A stretch of DNA of 48,188 nucleotides, from the NCBI GenBank assembly GCA_964570705.1, contig CAZMZK010000001.1, positions 1 through 48,188 of the forward strand, given 5' to 3'. The notes beneath the pieces were generated by a model. That model saw only the letters and a list, made by a program, of their open reading frames with translations, was not told the origin of the DNA and made no database searches. Of this stretch, positions 1-9,889 are shown one piece after another. The DNA is from an uncultured Micavibrio sp. Lineage in GTDB: Bacteria; Pseudomonadota; Alphaproteobacteria; Micavibrionales; Micavibrionaceae. Both the position numbers and the translations under genes were made by a program. Position 1 is the first letter of the stretch; every line of letters starts with the position of its first letter.

Positions 1-2
1 AA

Positions 3-122
3 ATCATGCGGCGGATTTTGCGCAAAATTTCGGCCAACGAACTGGATAGTCTGGGCGATATTTCCACTCTGGCAGACCCCAGTGTGGTGGATAACCTGAT
101 CAAGGGACGGCAACAGGGATAA
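3..122 (+). CDS. C-terminal fragment of an unidentified protein (gene begins upstream of the window)
   Basis: Frame 3 is open from the window edge (..[39 protein letters not shown]) and ends at TAA 120-122. Convergent with phrB. Too short to assign a family. Confidence 0.3.
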   Translation: MMRRILRKISANELDSLGDISTLADPSVVDNLIKGRQQG

Positions 123-159
123 TGCAGCAAACATAATATTGCTGCCAGATCTGTGCGGC

Positions 160-1500
160 CTATTTGGTTGCAGCAAGAGCTTCGAGGGCCGCTGTGCGGG
201 CTTTGGCATGATTGACAATGGGGCGGATCCGCGCAGAATCCGGGGCCCATTGGCGGATATAGGTGCCATTCGGATCAAATTTTTCGCCTTGGGTGGTTGG
301 ATTGAATATGCGGAAATATGGCGCGGCATCCGCACCACATCCTGCAACCCATTGCCACGATGCTGCATTATTCGCCAGATTGGCATCAACCAATGTGTCC
401 CAGAACCAGTCTTCGCCATGTCGCCAATGGTACCGCAAATCTTTGACCAAAAACGAAGCTACAATCATCCGGACGCGGTTGTGCATATATCCGGTCGCCC
501 ATAATTCCCGCAATCCTGCATCTACAATCGGGTATCCTGTGCGTCCTGTTTGCCAGCGGTGCAGCAAATCCGGATCGACACCGGCCCAATCAAAGGATTC
601 AAATTTGGGGTTGAGCGGTTTTTCCGGCAAAGAGGGAATGTCATAGAGCAGGGCATGTGCAAATTCCCGCCATCCCAGTTCGGAATGAAAACAATCCAGA
701 TCGGATTCGGCTTTGTGGTGGATACCGGCATAGGACGAAGCCGCCCAGACCTGATGTGGAGAAATTTCCCCGAAATGTAAATGGGGGGACAGCCGCGACG
801 TATGGGGTTTTTCGGGGAAATTCCGCCCGTCTTTATACCCTTTTAACCCCTGATCCAGAAAGTGATCGAGGCGTTTTTGCGCAGCAATTTCTCCCACCTG
901 CCAATAGGACATCATCCCTGTATCCCAACGCGGAGAGGTGGGGAGAAGCGCGAGGCGTTCAAGAGGGAGTGCGGATGGACAGTCCGCATTATAAAGGGGA
1001 ATATGCGCGGGTTCCGGCAACGGTGTACGCGGTGGGGGTGCAGATAAACATCCGTTGCGATAAAAGGGCGTGAAGACGCGGTAAGGTGTGCCGTCTTTTT
1101 TGCGAATGGTCCATGGTTCCCACAACACAGATCCATTTTCGCTGTGGCACGGGATGGGAAGTGTGTCTTTCAGACGGGTATCACGCGCAATCCGCCATGG
1201 TTCATAACAGCGGTTCCAGAAAATTTTGCTGGCAGATGTTGCAGCAATCAGGGCCGGAAGCAGTGTCTCGGGATTGCCTTTGAATAAGCGTAATTGGCCA
1301 TTTAGGCGGGCATTCAGGGCGGCGAGTGAATGGTGCAGCCAAACGCGGGAGGCGCCCCCCATTTTCCAGTCGCCGGCATTCGTGTCATCCAGAATATAAA
1401 TAGGCAACACAGGCTGGCCTGTGGCAACAGCCTGTGTCAAAGCGGGGTTATCCGACAGGCGCAAATCCTGCCGGAACCAAAGGATAACCGGATCAACCAT
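160..1500 (-). CDS. phrB: deoxyribodipyrimidine photolyase (cryptochrome/photolyase family)
   Basis: The ORF has an N-terminal VILWFRQDLRLSDNPAL and FAD-binding-domain strings TGYPIVDAGLRELWATGYMHNRVRMIVASFLVKDL and WQWVAGCGADAAPYFRIFNP. ATG at 1500 (MVDPVILWF) is preferred to the ORF-track start at 1542. It gives an ATGGTTGA overlap with the upstream gene's stop. Confidence 0.9.
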   Translation of the reverse strand: MVDPVILWFRQDLRLSDNPALTQAVATGQPVLPIYILDDTNAGDWKMGGASRVWLHHSLAALNARLNGQLRLFKGNPETLLPALIAATSASKIFWNRCYEPWRIARDTRLKDTLPIPCHSENGSVLWEPWTIRKKDGTPYRVFTPFYRNGCLSAPPPRTPLPEPAHIPLYNADCPSALPLERLALLPTSPRWDTGMMSYWQVGEIAAQKRLDHFLDQGLKGYKDGRNFPEKPHTSRLSPHLHFGEISPHQVWAASSYAGIHHKAESDLDCFHSELGWREFAHALLYDIPSLPEKPLNPKFESFDWAGVDPDLLHRWQTGRTGYPIVDAGLRELWATGYMHNRVRMIVASFLVKDLRYHWRHGEDWFWDTLVDANLANNAASWQWVAGCGADAAPYFRIFNPTTQGEKFDPNGTYIRQWAPDSARIRPIVNHAKARTAALEALAATK

Positions 1501-2455
1501 CTTTGTTGATTGTTGCAATAATTTCTTTGAGAGTGGGGTCAACGGCGTCGTTGTTAATCTGGCATGTGCCTGCCGCGTTGTGTCCGCCGCCGCCGTATTT
1601 CAGGCAGAGTTGCCCGACATCGGTTTTGCTGGAGCGGTTGAGGATGGATTTCCCGATGGCAAAGACTGTGTTCTGTTGGTTTTTCCCCCACATGACATGG
1701 CAGGAAATATTGCATTGTTGGAACAGGGCATAAATCATGAAACGGTTGCTGGCGTAAATCGTGTCTTCATCGCGCAGATCCAGCACCACCAGATTTTTAT
1801 ACACGCGGGAGCAACGTTCGATCTGTTCTTTGGATTTCTTTTCGTGGGCTTTGAAAATATCCACGCGTTCTTTCACGTCCGGCAGAGCCAGAATTTCGTT
1901 GATGTCGCTGTGTGTCCGGCAGAAATCGATCAATTGCATCATCAATTGATAGTTGGAAATGTTGAAATCCTTGAAACGCCCTAATCCGGTGCGCGAATCC
2001 ATCAGGAAGGACAGCAATTCCCATCCTTGCGGATTGATAATATCGTCACGGGTAAAGGCAGCCGAATCGGCTTTATCTACGGCGTGCATCATGTCGTCAG
2101 AGACATTGGGGAAGGCTTTTTTGCCGCCGAAATAGTCATACACCACCCGCGCCGCAGATGGAGCCTTGGAATCAATGATGTGGTTGTCTTTGGGGCCGCC
2201 AACGCGGGTGACTTCACTCGCATGGTGGTCAAAGGCCATGTATACGCCTTCTACATAAGGTAGGTTGGTGGTGATGTCATCGGTACTCACCTCGACCAGC
2301 CCGTCCTGCATATCTTTGGGGTGGGCGAAGGTAATTTCATCAATAATGCCCAATTCTTTTAACAGAACGCCACAGACCAAGCCGTCCATGTCACTGCGGG
2401 TAATCAGGCGGTATCTTTGATTGGGTTGCGGCATAAGCAAGGCTGACTTCGTCAT
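1493..2455 (-). CDS. DHH/DHHA1 family phosphoesterase (NrnA/NrnB-like nanoRNase or related)
   Basis: 320 aa with an N-terminal DMDG, a DHH motif (AFDHHASE) and a C-terminal DHHA1 GGGH motif (KYGGGGHNAAG). Confidence 0.75.
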   Translation of the reverse strand: MTKSALLMPQPNQRYRLITRSDMDGLVCGVLLKELGIIDEITFAHPKDMQDGLVEVSTDDITTNLPYVEGVYMAFDHHASEVTRVGGPKDNHIIDSKAPSAARVVYDYFGGKKAFPNVSDDMMHAVDKADSAAFTRDDIINPQGWELLSFLMDSRTGLGRFKDFNISNYQLMMQLIDFCRTHSDINEILALPDVKERVDIFKAHEKKSKEQIERCSRVYKNLVVLDLRDEDTIYASNRFMIYALFQQCNISCHVMWGKNQQNTVFAIGKSILNRSSKTDVGQLCLKYGGGGHNAAGTCQINNDAVDPTLKEIIATINKDG

Positions 2456-2592
2456 GAGTGACTCCGGTAAAACAAGAATGGTTAAAACAAGGGTGGGATG
2501 TTAAAAAATCAGGAAAGACTTTACACGGAGGATCATAATAAAATCTTAATATTTTGGGAAGGGTCAATTCGTGTTGAGCAATAGCACATCCT

Positions 2593-3378
2593 TTACAGGG
2601 AGAATCCTTCCCCCAGATAGACTTTGCGAACATCGCTGTTATTCACAATGTCGTCGGGCGTCCCTTCGGTCAAGACTTTGCCATCGTGCAGAATATACGC
2701 ACGATCCACAATCCCCAACGTATCACGGACATTATGATCGGTAATCAAAACTCCGATATTCCGGTTGCGCAGTTGCGAAATCAGCATGCGGATATCATTG
2801 ACAGCAATCGGGTCAATCCCCGCCAGAGGTTCATCCAGCAAAATAAAATGCGGGCGTGATGCCAGAGCACGGGCAATCTCGACCCGCCGCCGCTCTCCCC
2901 CCGACAAGGCAATCGCGGGCGTCCGGCGCAAATGTGACACCGAAAATTCTACCAATAATTCCTCTAACAACGCTTCCTGATCATCCATATTCAGATCGGT
3001 CTGGGTCTGGATAATGCCTTTGATATTGTCTTCGACATTTAGGCCACGAAAGATAGAGGCTTCCTGCGGCAAATACCCGATCCCCAAACGGGCGCGGCGA
3101 TACATCGGCAAGGTGGTCATGTCTTGCCCATCCAGCGTGACATCCCCTCCATCCGGTTGAATAAGACCAGTGATAATATAAAAGCTGGTGGTTTTCCCGG
3201 CCCCGTTCGGGCCCAACAACGCCACGGCTTCGCCGCGCTGCACATGCAGTGACACATCCCGCAACACCGGACGTTGTTTATAGGATTTGGATAAGTGGAC
3301 CGCATGCAACCCATTTGGCACGGCATGCAAAGAGGGGGGCAAGGATGTGGGATGTCCGGATGGTGCGCGTGTCATCAA
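2593..3378 (-). CDS. lptB: LPS export ABC transporter ATP-binding protein LptB
   Basis: Walker A GPNGAGKTT, ABC signature LSGGERRRVEIARAL and Walker B ILLDEP. No fused permease. Same strand and cluster as the lptC and lptA candidates. Confidence 0.85.
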   Translation of the reverse strand: MMTRAPSGHPTSLPPSLHAVPNGLHAVHLSKSYKQRPVLRDVSLHVQRGEAVALLGPNGAGKTTSFYIITGLIQPDGGDVTLDGQDMTTLPMYRRARLGIGYLPQEASIFRGLNVEDNIKGIIQTQTDLNMDDQEALLEELLVEFSVSHLRRTPAIALSGGERRRVEIARALASRPHFILLDEPLAGIDPIAVNDIRMLISQLRNRNIGVLITDHNVRDTLGIVDRAYILHDGKVLTEGTPDDIVNNSDVRKVYLGEGFSL

Positions 3379-4016
3379 TGGCCTGCCTTGGTCAGAGCCA
3401 ACCGGATCCCCAGCGCGATCAAAACCCCGCCACAGACACGATCAATCCATTTGGAGCATTTTAAAAACTGGGCGCGAATAACCGGAGTTGTCAAAATCGT
3501 TGCCACAATAGCAAACCAGGCCGCCGTCATGGTGACACAGGTGAACCCATAGACCACACTTGTCCACACCGGAATCTGTGGGCTGAGAATTTGTGTAAAT
3601 AACGCCATAAAAAACAATGTGGCTTTGGGATTAAACAGATTGGTAATAAAACCGCTGCGGAAAGCTTGCAAAGCCGTCATACGAGGGGCTGTTTTTGCAA
3701 CATCCGACGCCTCGTCCATGGTGAATCCCTTGGAGCGCAAAGCCGATATCCCGACATAAAACAAATATCCTGCCCCGATGAATTTCAGAATGTTAAACAA
3801 AATAATGGATTGCGCAATCACCGTCGCCAACCCCATCAAACAATAGGTGACATGAATCGCGACACCCGCCGCAAATCCAAAGGCCGTGATAATGCCGATC
3901 CGGCGGCTCTGTTGGATCGAATTGCGCACCGCAATCACAAAATCCGGCCCGGGCGATGCCAATGCAATCGCAAAAACCCCAACCAATATGGCCCAATTCA
4001 CAATAAAATCATGCAT
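3375..4016 (-). CDS. LysE/RhtB family amino-acid exporter
   Basis: 213 aa, multi-pass hydrophobic protein with the family-typical N-terminal SPGPDF motif. Its stop overlaps the lptB start (ends at 3375, lptB starts at 3378). Confidence 0.8.
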   Translation of the reverse strand: MHDFIVNWAILVGVFAIALASPGPDFVIAVRNSIQQSRRIGIITAFGFAAGVAIHVTYCLMGLATVIAQSIILFNILKFIGAGYLFYVGISALRSKGFTMDEASDVAKTAPRMTALQAFRSGFITNLFNPKATLFFMALFTQILSPQIPVWTSVVYGFTCVTMTAAWFAIVATILTTPVIRAQFLKCSKWIDRVCGGVLIALGIRLALTKAGH

Positions 4017-4030
4017 GATAACGCCGCTCC

Positions 4031-4759
4031 CTACTTTTTTCCTGTTCCGGGATAAAAGACACCTTTGACACGGCCACTGCCTTTTTGTCCGGTCATTTTG
4101 CTGATATGTGTGGTGAGGTTCATTTCAGCTTTATCGCCTTCCAAGACGTTTTTATCCTGAGTGATTTTTACACGACCGATTAATTCCGCCATGGTCGTCG
4201 CCGCCGTATAGGTCGCCTTGTCCCCCGTCGCAACTTGGTTCTTTCCGGTAATTACCACATGGCCCGTGGCTTCGGCCCGATCCAATTGCCCAAGCCCCGC
4301 TTTTCCATCGGCGGTCCTGGTCCATGCTTTGATCTGGTCAGCTTCCAGAGTGCTTCCATTGGTCTGAACGATTTTGGGACGTGCCCCTGTGGTTGTATCC
4401 CCCGATAACGTGGCTTCCCCCGTGACCAGATCATACACGGCGGTTTTGCCCGTGGCCGTTTCGTTGGCCGTAGCCAGAACAACGTTTCCTTCGGCGTTCA
4501 ACAAGATCAGATCGCTGGTGCTCCCGTCTTTGCCTGCATAGGTGGCTGTCAAAGTGTCGGATGTCACCGACAGATCATTTTGTTTGGCAATGGCATGGCC
4601 TCGCGCCGTATAGGTTTTGGCCGTCTGGTTCCATTCCAGAGCTTTGTCCGCTATGATTTCTAATGGAGCAGCTTGATCAGCCGCCGCCATAGCTACCGTC
4701 GCATATAACGGCAGAACCATCACACAACAGGATAACATCAGGAGAGAAACACGGGTCAT
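4031..4759 (-). CDS. lptA: LPS transport periplasmic protein LptA (OstA N-terminal-like)
   Basis: 242 aa with a signal peptide (LLMLSCCVMVLPLYATVAMA) and a repetitive beta-rich T/G/K sequence typical of the OstA/LptA fold. ATGA overlap with the upstream lptC candidate. Confidence 0.7.
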   Translation of the reverse strand: MTRVSLLMLSCCVMVLPLYATVAMAAADQAAPLEIIADKALEWNQTAKTYTARGHAIAKQNDLSVTSDTLTATYAGKDGSTSDLILLNAEGNVVLATANETATGKTAVYDLVTGEATLSGDTTTGARPKIVQTNGSTLEADQIKAWTRTADGKAGLGQLDRAEATGHVVITGKNQVATGDKATYTAATTMAELIGRVKITQDKNVLEGDKAEMNLTTHISKMTGQKGSGRVKGVFYPGTGKK

Positions 4760-5508
4760 GGCTGTGGATCCTTTTGGTCTTTTATATCAGTGGAAGACGA
4801 AGATGGCACTTTCCGCAAAGTCAGGGTTGCGGGGCCCTTGAAAATGACCGTATGCGCGGCCCCATCAACCGACAAACCCGTCGCCGTAATATCTGCAGCA
4901 GGACCATGGCCGGTCACCGGTGTTTGCGATTCAATGGTTTGGTTGGTCACATCAATATTCATTTTCTCTGTGGTAATTACATACCCGCTATTATGATGTA
5001 CTTCCACCTGACCATTCAAATCCAGAGTTTTAGCCCCTTGTTTGTACGATCCATTGACCGCCTTTAACGACACCGTATCACCGGATTTTAACGTCATATC
5101 GGCCACAGGTTTCTGCAACAGAATAGTATCCATATCGGCCGCATTCTGCGTGGCTTTATCTGCTGTGATGGTATAGGGCTGGGCGTTCGTATCTTCGGAT
5201 TGGAATTTGGGATTAATCAATTCGTTCTGGCTGACCGTTTGAGGAGATACTTTCTCCCGTGGCACCGGAGCCAAAGGAATCTGATCATCTTTCCATGTCA
5301 TCAACACCGCCACAATCCCCAATGCCACCACCGGCAGAATCAGGCGCATTTTACGCACCCATGCGCTGTGACGGCGGGATTTTTGGGTATTTCTTAACAG
5401 ATCTTCATCCGTACGCACCAACAAATCAATGCCACGATCGTTCCGCTCAACGTCCGGAGCGGCTTTCTGATGTGCATCCTGATGGACAATCGTATCGGTC
5501 TGGGTCAT
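4756..5508 (-). CDS. lptC: LPS export system protein LptC-like (membrane-anchored)
   Basis: One N-terminal TM segment (LILPVVALGIVAVLMTW) followed by a beta-rich periplasmic domain. Position immediately upstream of lptA supports the call. ATG at 5508 (MTQTDTIV) avoids the overlap with purF that the 5583 start creates. Confidence 0.6.
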   Translation of the reverse strand: MTQTDTIVHQDAHQKAAPDVERNDRGIDLLVRTDEDLLRNTQKSRRHSAWVRKMRLILPVVALGIVAVLMTWKDDQIPLAPVPREKVSPQTVSQNELINPKFQSEDTNAQPYTITADKATQNAADMDTILLQKPVADMTLKSGDTVSLKAVNGSYKQGAKTLDLNGQVEVHHNSGYVITTEKMNIDVTNQTIESQTPVTGHGPAADITATGLSVDGAAHTVIFKGPATLTLRKVPSSSSTDIKDQKDPQP

Positions 5509-5522
5509 CGGAACGGACTGGC

Positions 5523-6962
5523 CTAACCCGCTTTTTTCAGCGATTGATCGGTCAAAGCGACTGGGTAATCTCCGGTAAAGCACGCATCACAATATTGCGG
5601 GTTTTTGGCATTGCGGCCCGTTTCCCCCATCGCCCGATAGAGGCCGTCTTCCGAGATAAAGGATAGGCTGTCCACCCCGATAAATTCGGCCATTTGTTGC
5701 ACAGAATAGGTGGAGGCCAGCAATTCTTTTTCCGAGGGTGTGTCGATCCCATAGAAACAGCTATGCGCTGTCGGAGGACACGCAATGCGCATATGGACTT
5801 CTTTGGCTCCGGCTGCGCGCATCATTTCCACGATCTTTTTCGAGGTTGTCCCACGCACGATCGAGTCATCGACCAACACAATGCGTTTCCCTTCGATCAA
5901 ACCGCGGTTGGCATTATGCTTGCGCTTGACACCCAAATGACGAATTTTCTGGGTTGGCTCGATAAAGGTACGGCCAACATAATGGTTGCGGATAATCCCC
6001 AATTCAAACGGGATCCCTGATTGTTGCGCATAGCCGATGGCGGCCGGCACACCACTGTCCGGAACCGGCACAACCAAATCCACATCACACGGGGATTCTT
6101 GCGCCAGAACCACGCCAATATTTTTGCGTTTATCATAGACAGATTTGCCTTCGATAATGCTGTCCGGACGAGCAAAATAGATATATTCGAAAATACAAAA
6201 ACGATGGGGAGCGGCTACCAGAGGACGATGGCTCTGGATCCCTTGTTCGGTAATAACCACCACTTCACCAGGCTCAATATCGCGGACATAGTCGGCACCA
6301 ATAATATCCAGAGCACAAGTCTCGGACGCCAGAACATACGAGTTATCAAGTTTCCCCAAAATCAATGGACGGAACCCATTGGGGTCCCGCACCCCGATCA
6401 TCCGGCCTTCCGCATGGATAATCAGGGAATATGCCCCTTCAATTGTTTTCAAGGCATCAATAATGCGGTCGAAGACTGTCGGTTTACGGGATAAAGCCAC
6501 AAGGTGGATAATCACTTCTGTGTCGCTGGTCGATTGAAAAATCGATCCTTGTGTCACCAATTCGCTGCGCAAGGTCATTGCATTGGTCAAATTTCCATTA
6601 TGCGCCACCGTGAACCCGCCAAAGGCCAGATCTGCATACAGCGGTTGCACATTGCGCAACATGGTTTCGCCGGTCGTAGCATAACGGTTGTGACCGATCG
6701 CACAATTGCCTTTGAGTTTGGCAATCACATCCGGATCATTAAAAATATCATCGACCAGCCCAAGGCCGCGATGCGTGTAATATTTTGCGCCATCGACCGA
6801 GACAATCCCCGAAGATTCCTGTCCGCGGTGTTGCAAGGCATGCAGCCCCAAAGCCGTCAATGTTGCAGCATCTTCGTGCCCGAACACGCCAAAGACACCG
6901 CATTCTTCGTGCAATTTATCATCGTCATACGGCTGGAACGGGTGGGTTGTCATCTCACTCAT
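5523..6962 (-). CDS. purF: amidophosphoribosyltransferase
   Basis: 479 aa with the N-terminal glutaminase nucleophile context HEECGVFGVFG, a PRTase motif (IVLVDDSIVRGTT) and C-terminal Cys ligands (YCDACFTGDYP). Confidence 0.95.
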   Translation of the reverse strand: MSEMTTHPFQPYDDDKLHEECGVFGVFGHEDAATLTALGLHALQHRGQESSGIVSVDGAKYYTHRGLGLVDDIFNDPDVIAKLKGNCAIGHNRYATTGETMLRNVQPLYADLAFGGFTVAHNGNLTNAMTLRSELVTQGSIFQSTSDTEVIIHLVALSRKPTVFDRIIDALKTIEGAYSLIIHAEGRMIGVRDPNGFRPLILGKLDNSYVLASETCALDIIGADYVRDIEPGEVVVITEQGIQSHRPLVAAPHRFCIFEYIYFARPDSIIEGKSVYDKRKNIGVVLAQESPCDVDLVVPVPDSGVPAAIGYAQQSGIPFELGIIRNHYVGRTFIEPTQKIRHLGVKRKHNANRGLIEGKRIVLVDDSIVRGTTSKKIVEMMRAAGAKEVHMRIACPPTAHSCFYGIDTPSEKELLASTYSVQQMAEFIGVDSLSFISEDGLYRAMGETGRNAKNPQYCDACFTGDYPVALTDQSLKKAG

Positions 6963-7746
6963 GATGGGGCTTTCCTGTGGTCTTTGTTGCGGGGTCTTTC
7001 GCGGAATCTTTTGTAGCTTCCGGGGAAGCAGAATCTATTTTCTCTTCGATCAAATGATCCAGTCCGTGGCGTGCCTTATCCGAATATCCGCCGGATTGGG
7101 CATCTTTTTGGGCATCGGACTTTGTTTTTTCTTTATCGGCCTTGGACAGGCGTTTATCCCCCAGAATATCAATCGCGTTTAATTTCTCGCGGGTTGTCTC
7201 GACAATCTTTTCCGATGATTTCTCTTGCGGGACAAAGGACATTAACCATTCGGTTGTCCCTTGCACATACACCATGGTCTGGGACTTTTCAAACCACTCT
7301 TTTTTGGTGTCGTCGGGAAGGATCAAATGAAACGGCAGATACAGAATGCCCAATAATAACAATCCCCGCGCAAGACCGAAAAAAATCCCCAATGTCCGGT
7401 CCACAGGGCCCAATCCGACTGCTTGCGCGGCACTGGAAATCAGGTGGGATGCAAGTTGTAACATAATAAAAACAACCACAAAAATGCCCGCATAAGCAGC
7501 AATTTGCGCGACAATATCCATAGGGATCAGGTCAAACAGTTTGGCAGAGGGCTTTCCCTCGACGACACCGAACCACTTTGACATGAGAGGAACCAATTTT
7601 GGGCCAAAAGCCAAGGCCGCAAACCCGCCACCCACAGCACCGACAATAGTTAACACTTCCCGGATTAAACCGCGAAAGAACGATACTCCCGCCGAAACAA
7701 GAAGGAGAGCAATAACACCAATATCGACCAAAAGAGCAATATTCAT
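6955..7746 (-). CDS. cvpA: CvpA family membrane protein with a long charged C-terminal tail
   Basis: The N-terminal ~165 aa contain four hydrophobic segments typical of colicin V production protein. Classical cvpA-purF adjacency, with an 8-nt overlap with purF. Confidence 0.8.
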   Translation of the reverse strand: MNIALLVDIGVIALLLVSAGVSFFRGLIREVLTIVGAVGGGFAALAFGPKLVPLMSKWFGVVEGKPSAKLFDLIPMDIVAQIAAYAGIFVVVFIMLQLASHLISSAAQAVGLGPVDRTLGIFFGLARGLLLLGILYLPFHLILPDDTKKEWFEKSQTMVYVQGTTEWLMSFVPQEKSSEKIVETTREKLNAIDILGDKRLSKADKEKTKSDAQKDAQSGGYSDKARHGLDHLIEEKIDSASPEATKDSAKDPATKTTGKPHHE

Positions 7747-7984
7747 AAATATGTAGCCTTGCAGGATGTGATCAAAGGAGAGTGATAGGAGAAATTCAGA
7801 ATTATTGCAAGGGAATAGAAACGCAGAAGCTCACTACAAATTTCAAGAACACATAAAAGATCGTGCTATTTCTGGAGAAGCCGTAATTATCTTTTTGCCT
7901 TTTTGCCTGAAATCACTATGATAATCGGACTTTTTATCCCTTTGACCTTAATACTCCCTTTCACAGGGAACACAGGAAAATAGC

Positions 7985-9289
7985 ATGTTAGCTGATCAAG
8001 ACCGTATCTTTACGAACCTTTACGGGTGGGAATCGTTTAGCCTTGAAGCCGCCCGCAAGCGCGGTGACTGGGACAATACCAAGGATATTATCGCCAAAGG
8101 GCGTGATTGGATCATCGACGAGATGAAAAAATCCGGTCTGCGTGGTCGTGGTGGTGCGGGGTTCCCGACCGGAACCAAATGGTCGTTTATGCCCAAAGTA
8201 TCCGATGGGCGCCCCAGCTATCTGGTGATTAACGCCGATGAATCCGAACCCGGAACCTGTAAAGACCGCGATATTTTGCGCCATGATCCGCATAAATTGC
8301 TGGAAGGTGCGTTGATTGCCGGTTTTGCCATGGGGGCGCATCGTGCGTATATTTACATGCGCGGTGAATTTTATAACGAAGGATCCACCATCAACCTTGC
8401 TATCCGTGAAGCGTATGACGCGGGGTTGTTGGGAAAAAATGCAGCCGGATCGGGATGGGATTTTGATGTTGTCCTGCATCGTGGCGGTGGCGCGTATATC
8501 TGCGGTGAAGAGACTGCCCTGATCGAAAGTATCGAAGGCAAAAAAGGCCAACCACGTAACAAACCTCCTTTTCCTGCGGGGGCCGGGTTGTATTCCTGTC
8601 CAACGACGGTCAATAACGTGGAAACCATTGCGGTGGCTCCGACCATTTTGCGCCGTGGCGGTGCATGGTTTGCGGGGATTGGCCGTGACGAGAAAAATAC
8701 CGGAACCAAATTATTCTGTATTTCCGGCCACGTAAATAATCCGTGCAACGTGGAAGAAGCCATGGGGATTCCGTTGAAGGAATTGATTGAAAAACATGCT
8801 GGTGGCGTCCGTGGCGGATGGGATAACCTGTTGGCCATCATTCCTGGCGGATCATCGACCCCGTTGTTGCCGAAACATATTTGTGACACCGTTCTGATGG
8901 ATTTCGATTCGTTGCGCGCGGTGCAAAGCGGGTTGGGGACAGCCGGTGTGATTGTCATGGACAAATCGACCGACATTGTGACGGCGATCGCCCGTTTAAG
9001 CCATTTCTATATGCATGAAAGCTGTGGGCAATGTACGCCGTGCCGTGAGGGGACTGCGTGGTTGTACCGCATTATGCAACGTATGGCGCGTGGCAATGCT
9101 ACCATCAGCGAAATTGATATGTTGTTGGATGTGACCAAGGAAATCGAAGGTCACACCATTTGTGCGCACGGAGATGCATCGGCATGGCCGATCCAGGGGT
9201 TGATCCGGCATTTCCGTCCGGAAATGGAAAAACGCTTGCTGGATTACCGTAAAGATGCACCAACCCATGACGATATGGCTGCGGAGTAG
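7985..9289 (+). CDS. nuoF: NADH-quinone oxidoreductase subunit F
   Basis: 434 aa with the NADH/FMN site [21 protein letters not shown] and the 4Fe-4S motif [14 protein letters not shown] aggaaa lies upstream. Confidence 0.95.
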   Translation: MLADQDRIFTNLYGWESFSLEAARKRGDWDNTKDIIAKGRDWIIDEMKKSGLRGRGGAGFPTGTKWSFMPKVSDGRPSYLVINADESEPGTCKDRDILRHDPHKLLEGALIAGFAMGAHRAYIYMRGEFYNEGSTINLAIREAYDAGLLGKNAAGSGWDFDVVLHRGGGAYICGEETALIESIEGKKGQPRNKPPFPAGAGLYSCPTTVNNVETIAVAPTILRRGGAWFAGIGRDEKNTGTKLFCISGHVNNPCNVEEAMGIPLKELIEKHAGGVRGGWDNLLAIIPGGSSTPLLPKHICDTVLMDFDSLRAVQSGLGTAGVIVMDKSTDIVTAIARLSHFYMHESCGQCTPCREGTAWLYRIMQRMARGNATISEIDMLLDVTKEIEGHTICAHGDASAWPIQGLIRHFRPEMEKRLLDYRKDAPTHDDMAAE

Positions 9290-9292
9290 GTA

Positions 9293-9769
9293 ATGCGGGG
9301 CGTATGGCGGCTTTTGGCTGGTATGATGTGTCTGGTCGGCGCTGGGAGCGTTGGCCAGGCTGCTGAAGCGCCACGGCAATTGTCAGGGGCCGATCTGGAA
9401 ATGGCCGCCAAGATGAATGATGCCTATGCCCGTCATATGTATTCATCCGCCTGTGTGGATACGCAAGAATCTTATTTTATTCCTCCGAAAACCATGCCGG
9501 CGGCGGATAAAGCCAGGATTCTCCAGTCATTCAAGACGTCATGTGATTGTCTAACAGCCAATGTTATGAAAGCGGCAGCCCCCAATGATGTCATTAATTA
9601 TGTGACGACCGTCAATGGCGGAAGGAAATCTGGCTCTACGCCTGATGAGGGGGAAACCCGCGCCTTTCCCGATCTGCCGCAAGGATCTGTGGAAGAGCAA
9701 AAAATGTTTAAGATTATTGATGTCGGACGTGACCCGAAAATACGTAAGGATTGTGGATTTACGCGGTAA
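9293..9769 (+). CDS. hypothetical secreted Cys-containing protein located between nuoF and nuoG
   Basis: 158 aa with a signal-peptide-like N-terminus (LLAGMMCLVGAGSVGQAAEA). Starts 4 nt after the nuoF stop. No recognisable domain. Confidence 0.5.
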   Translation: MRGVWRLLAGMMCLVGAGSVGQAAEAPRQLSGADLEMAAKMNDAYARHMYSSACVDTQESYFIPPKTMPAADKARILQSFKTSCDCLTANVMKAAAPNDVINYVTTVNGGRKSGSTPDEGETRAFPDLPQGSVEEQKMFKIIDVGRDPKIRKDCGFTR

Positions 9770-9889
9770 AACTCTTTTCTAAAACAGAATTACCGTTTTA
9801 ACTTTGAAACCAGTATGCTAGGACGTTTGCTATGTTATTTGCAGGGTTATTAGCACGAACAACTCGTGAAGAATGAGGGATTTGACACT

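Noticed and set aside
139-1283. Several 60-140-aa + strand ORFs opposite phrB
   Set aside because: They are antisense to a full-length photolyase with clear FAD-domain motifs.
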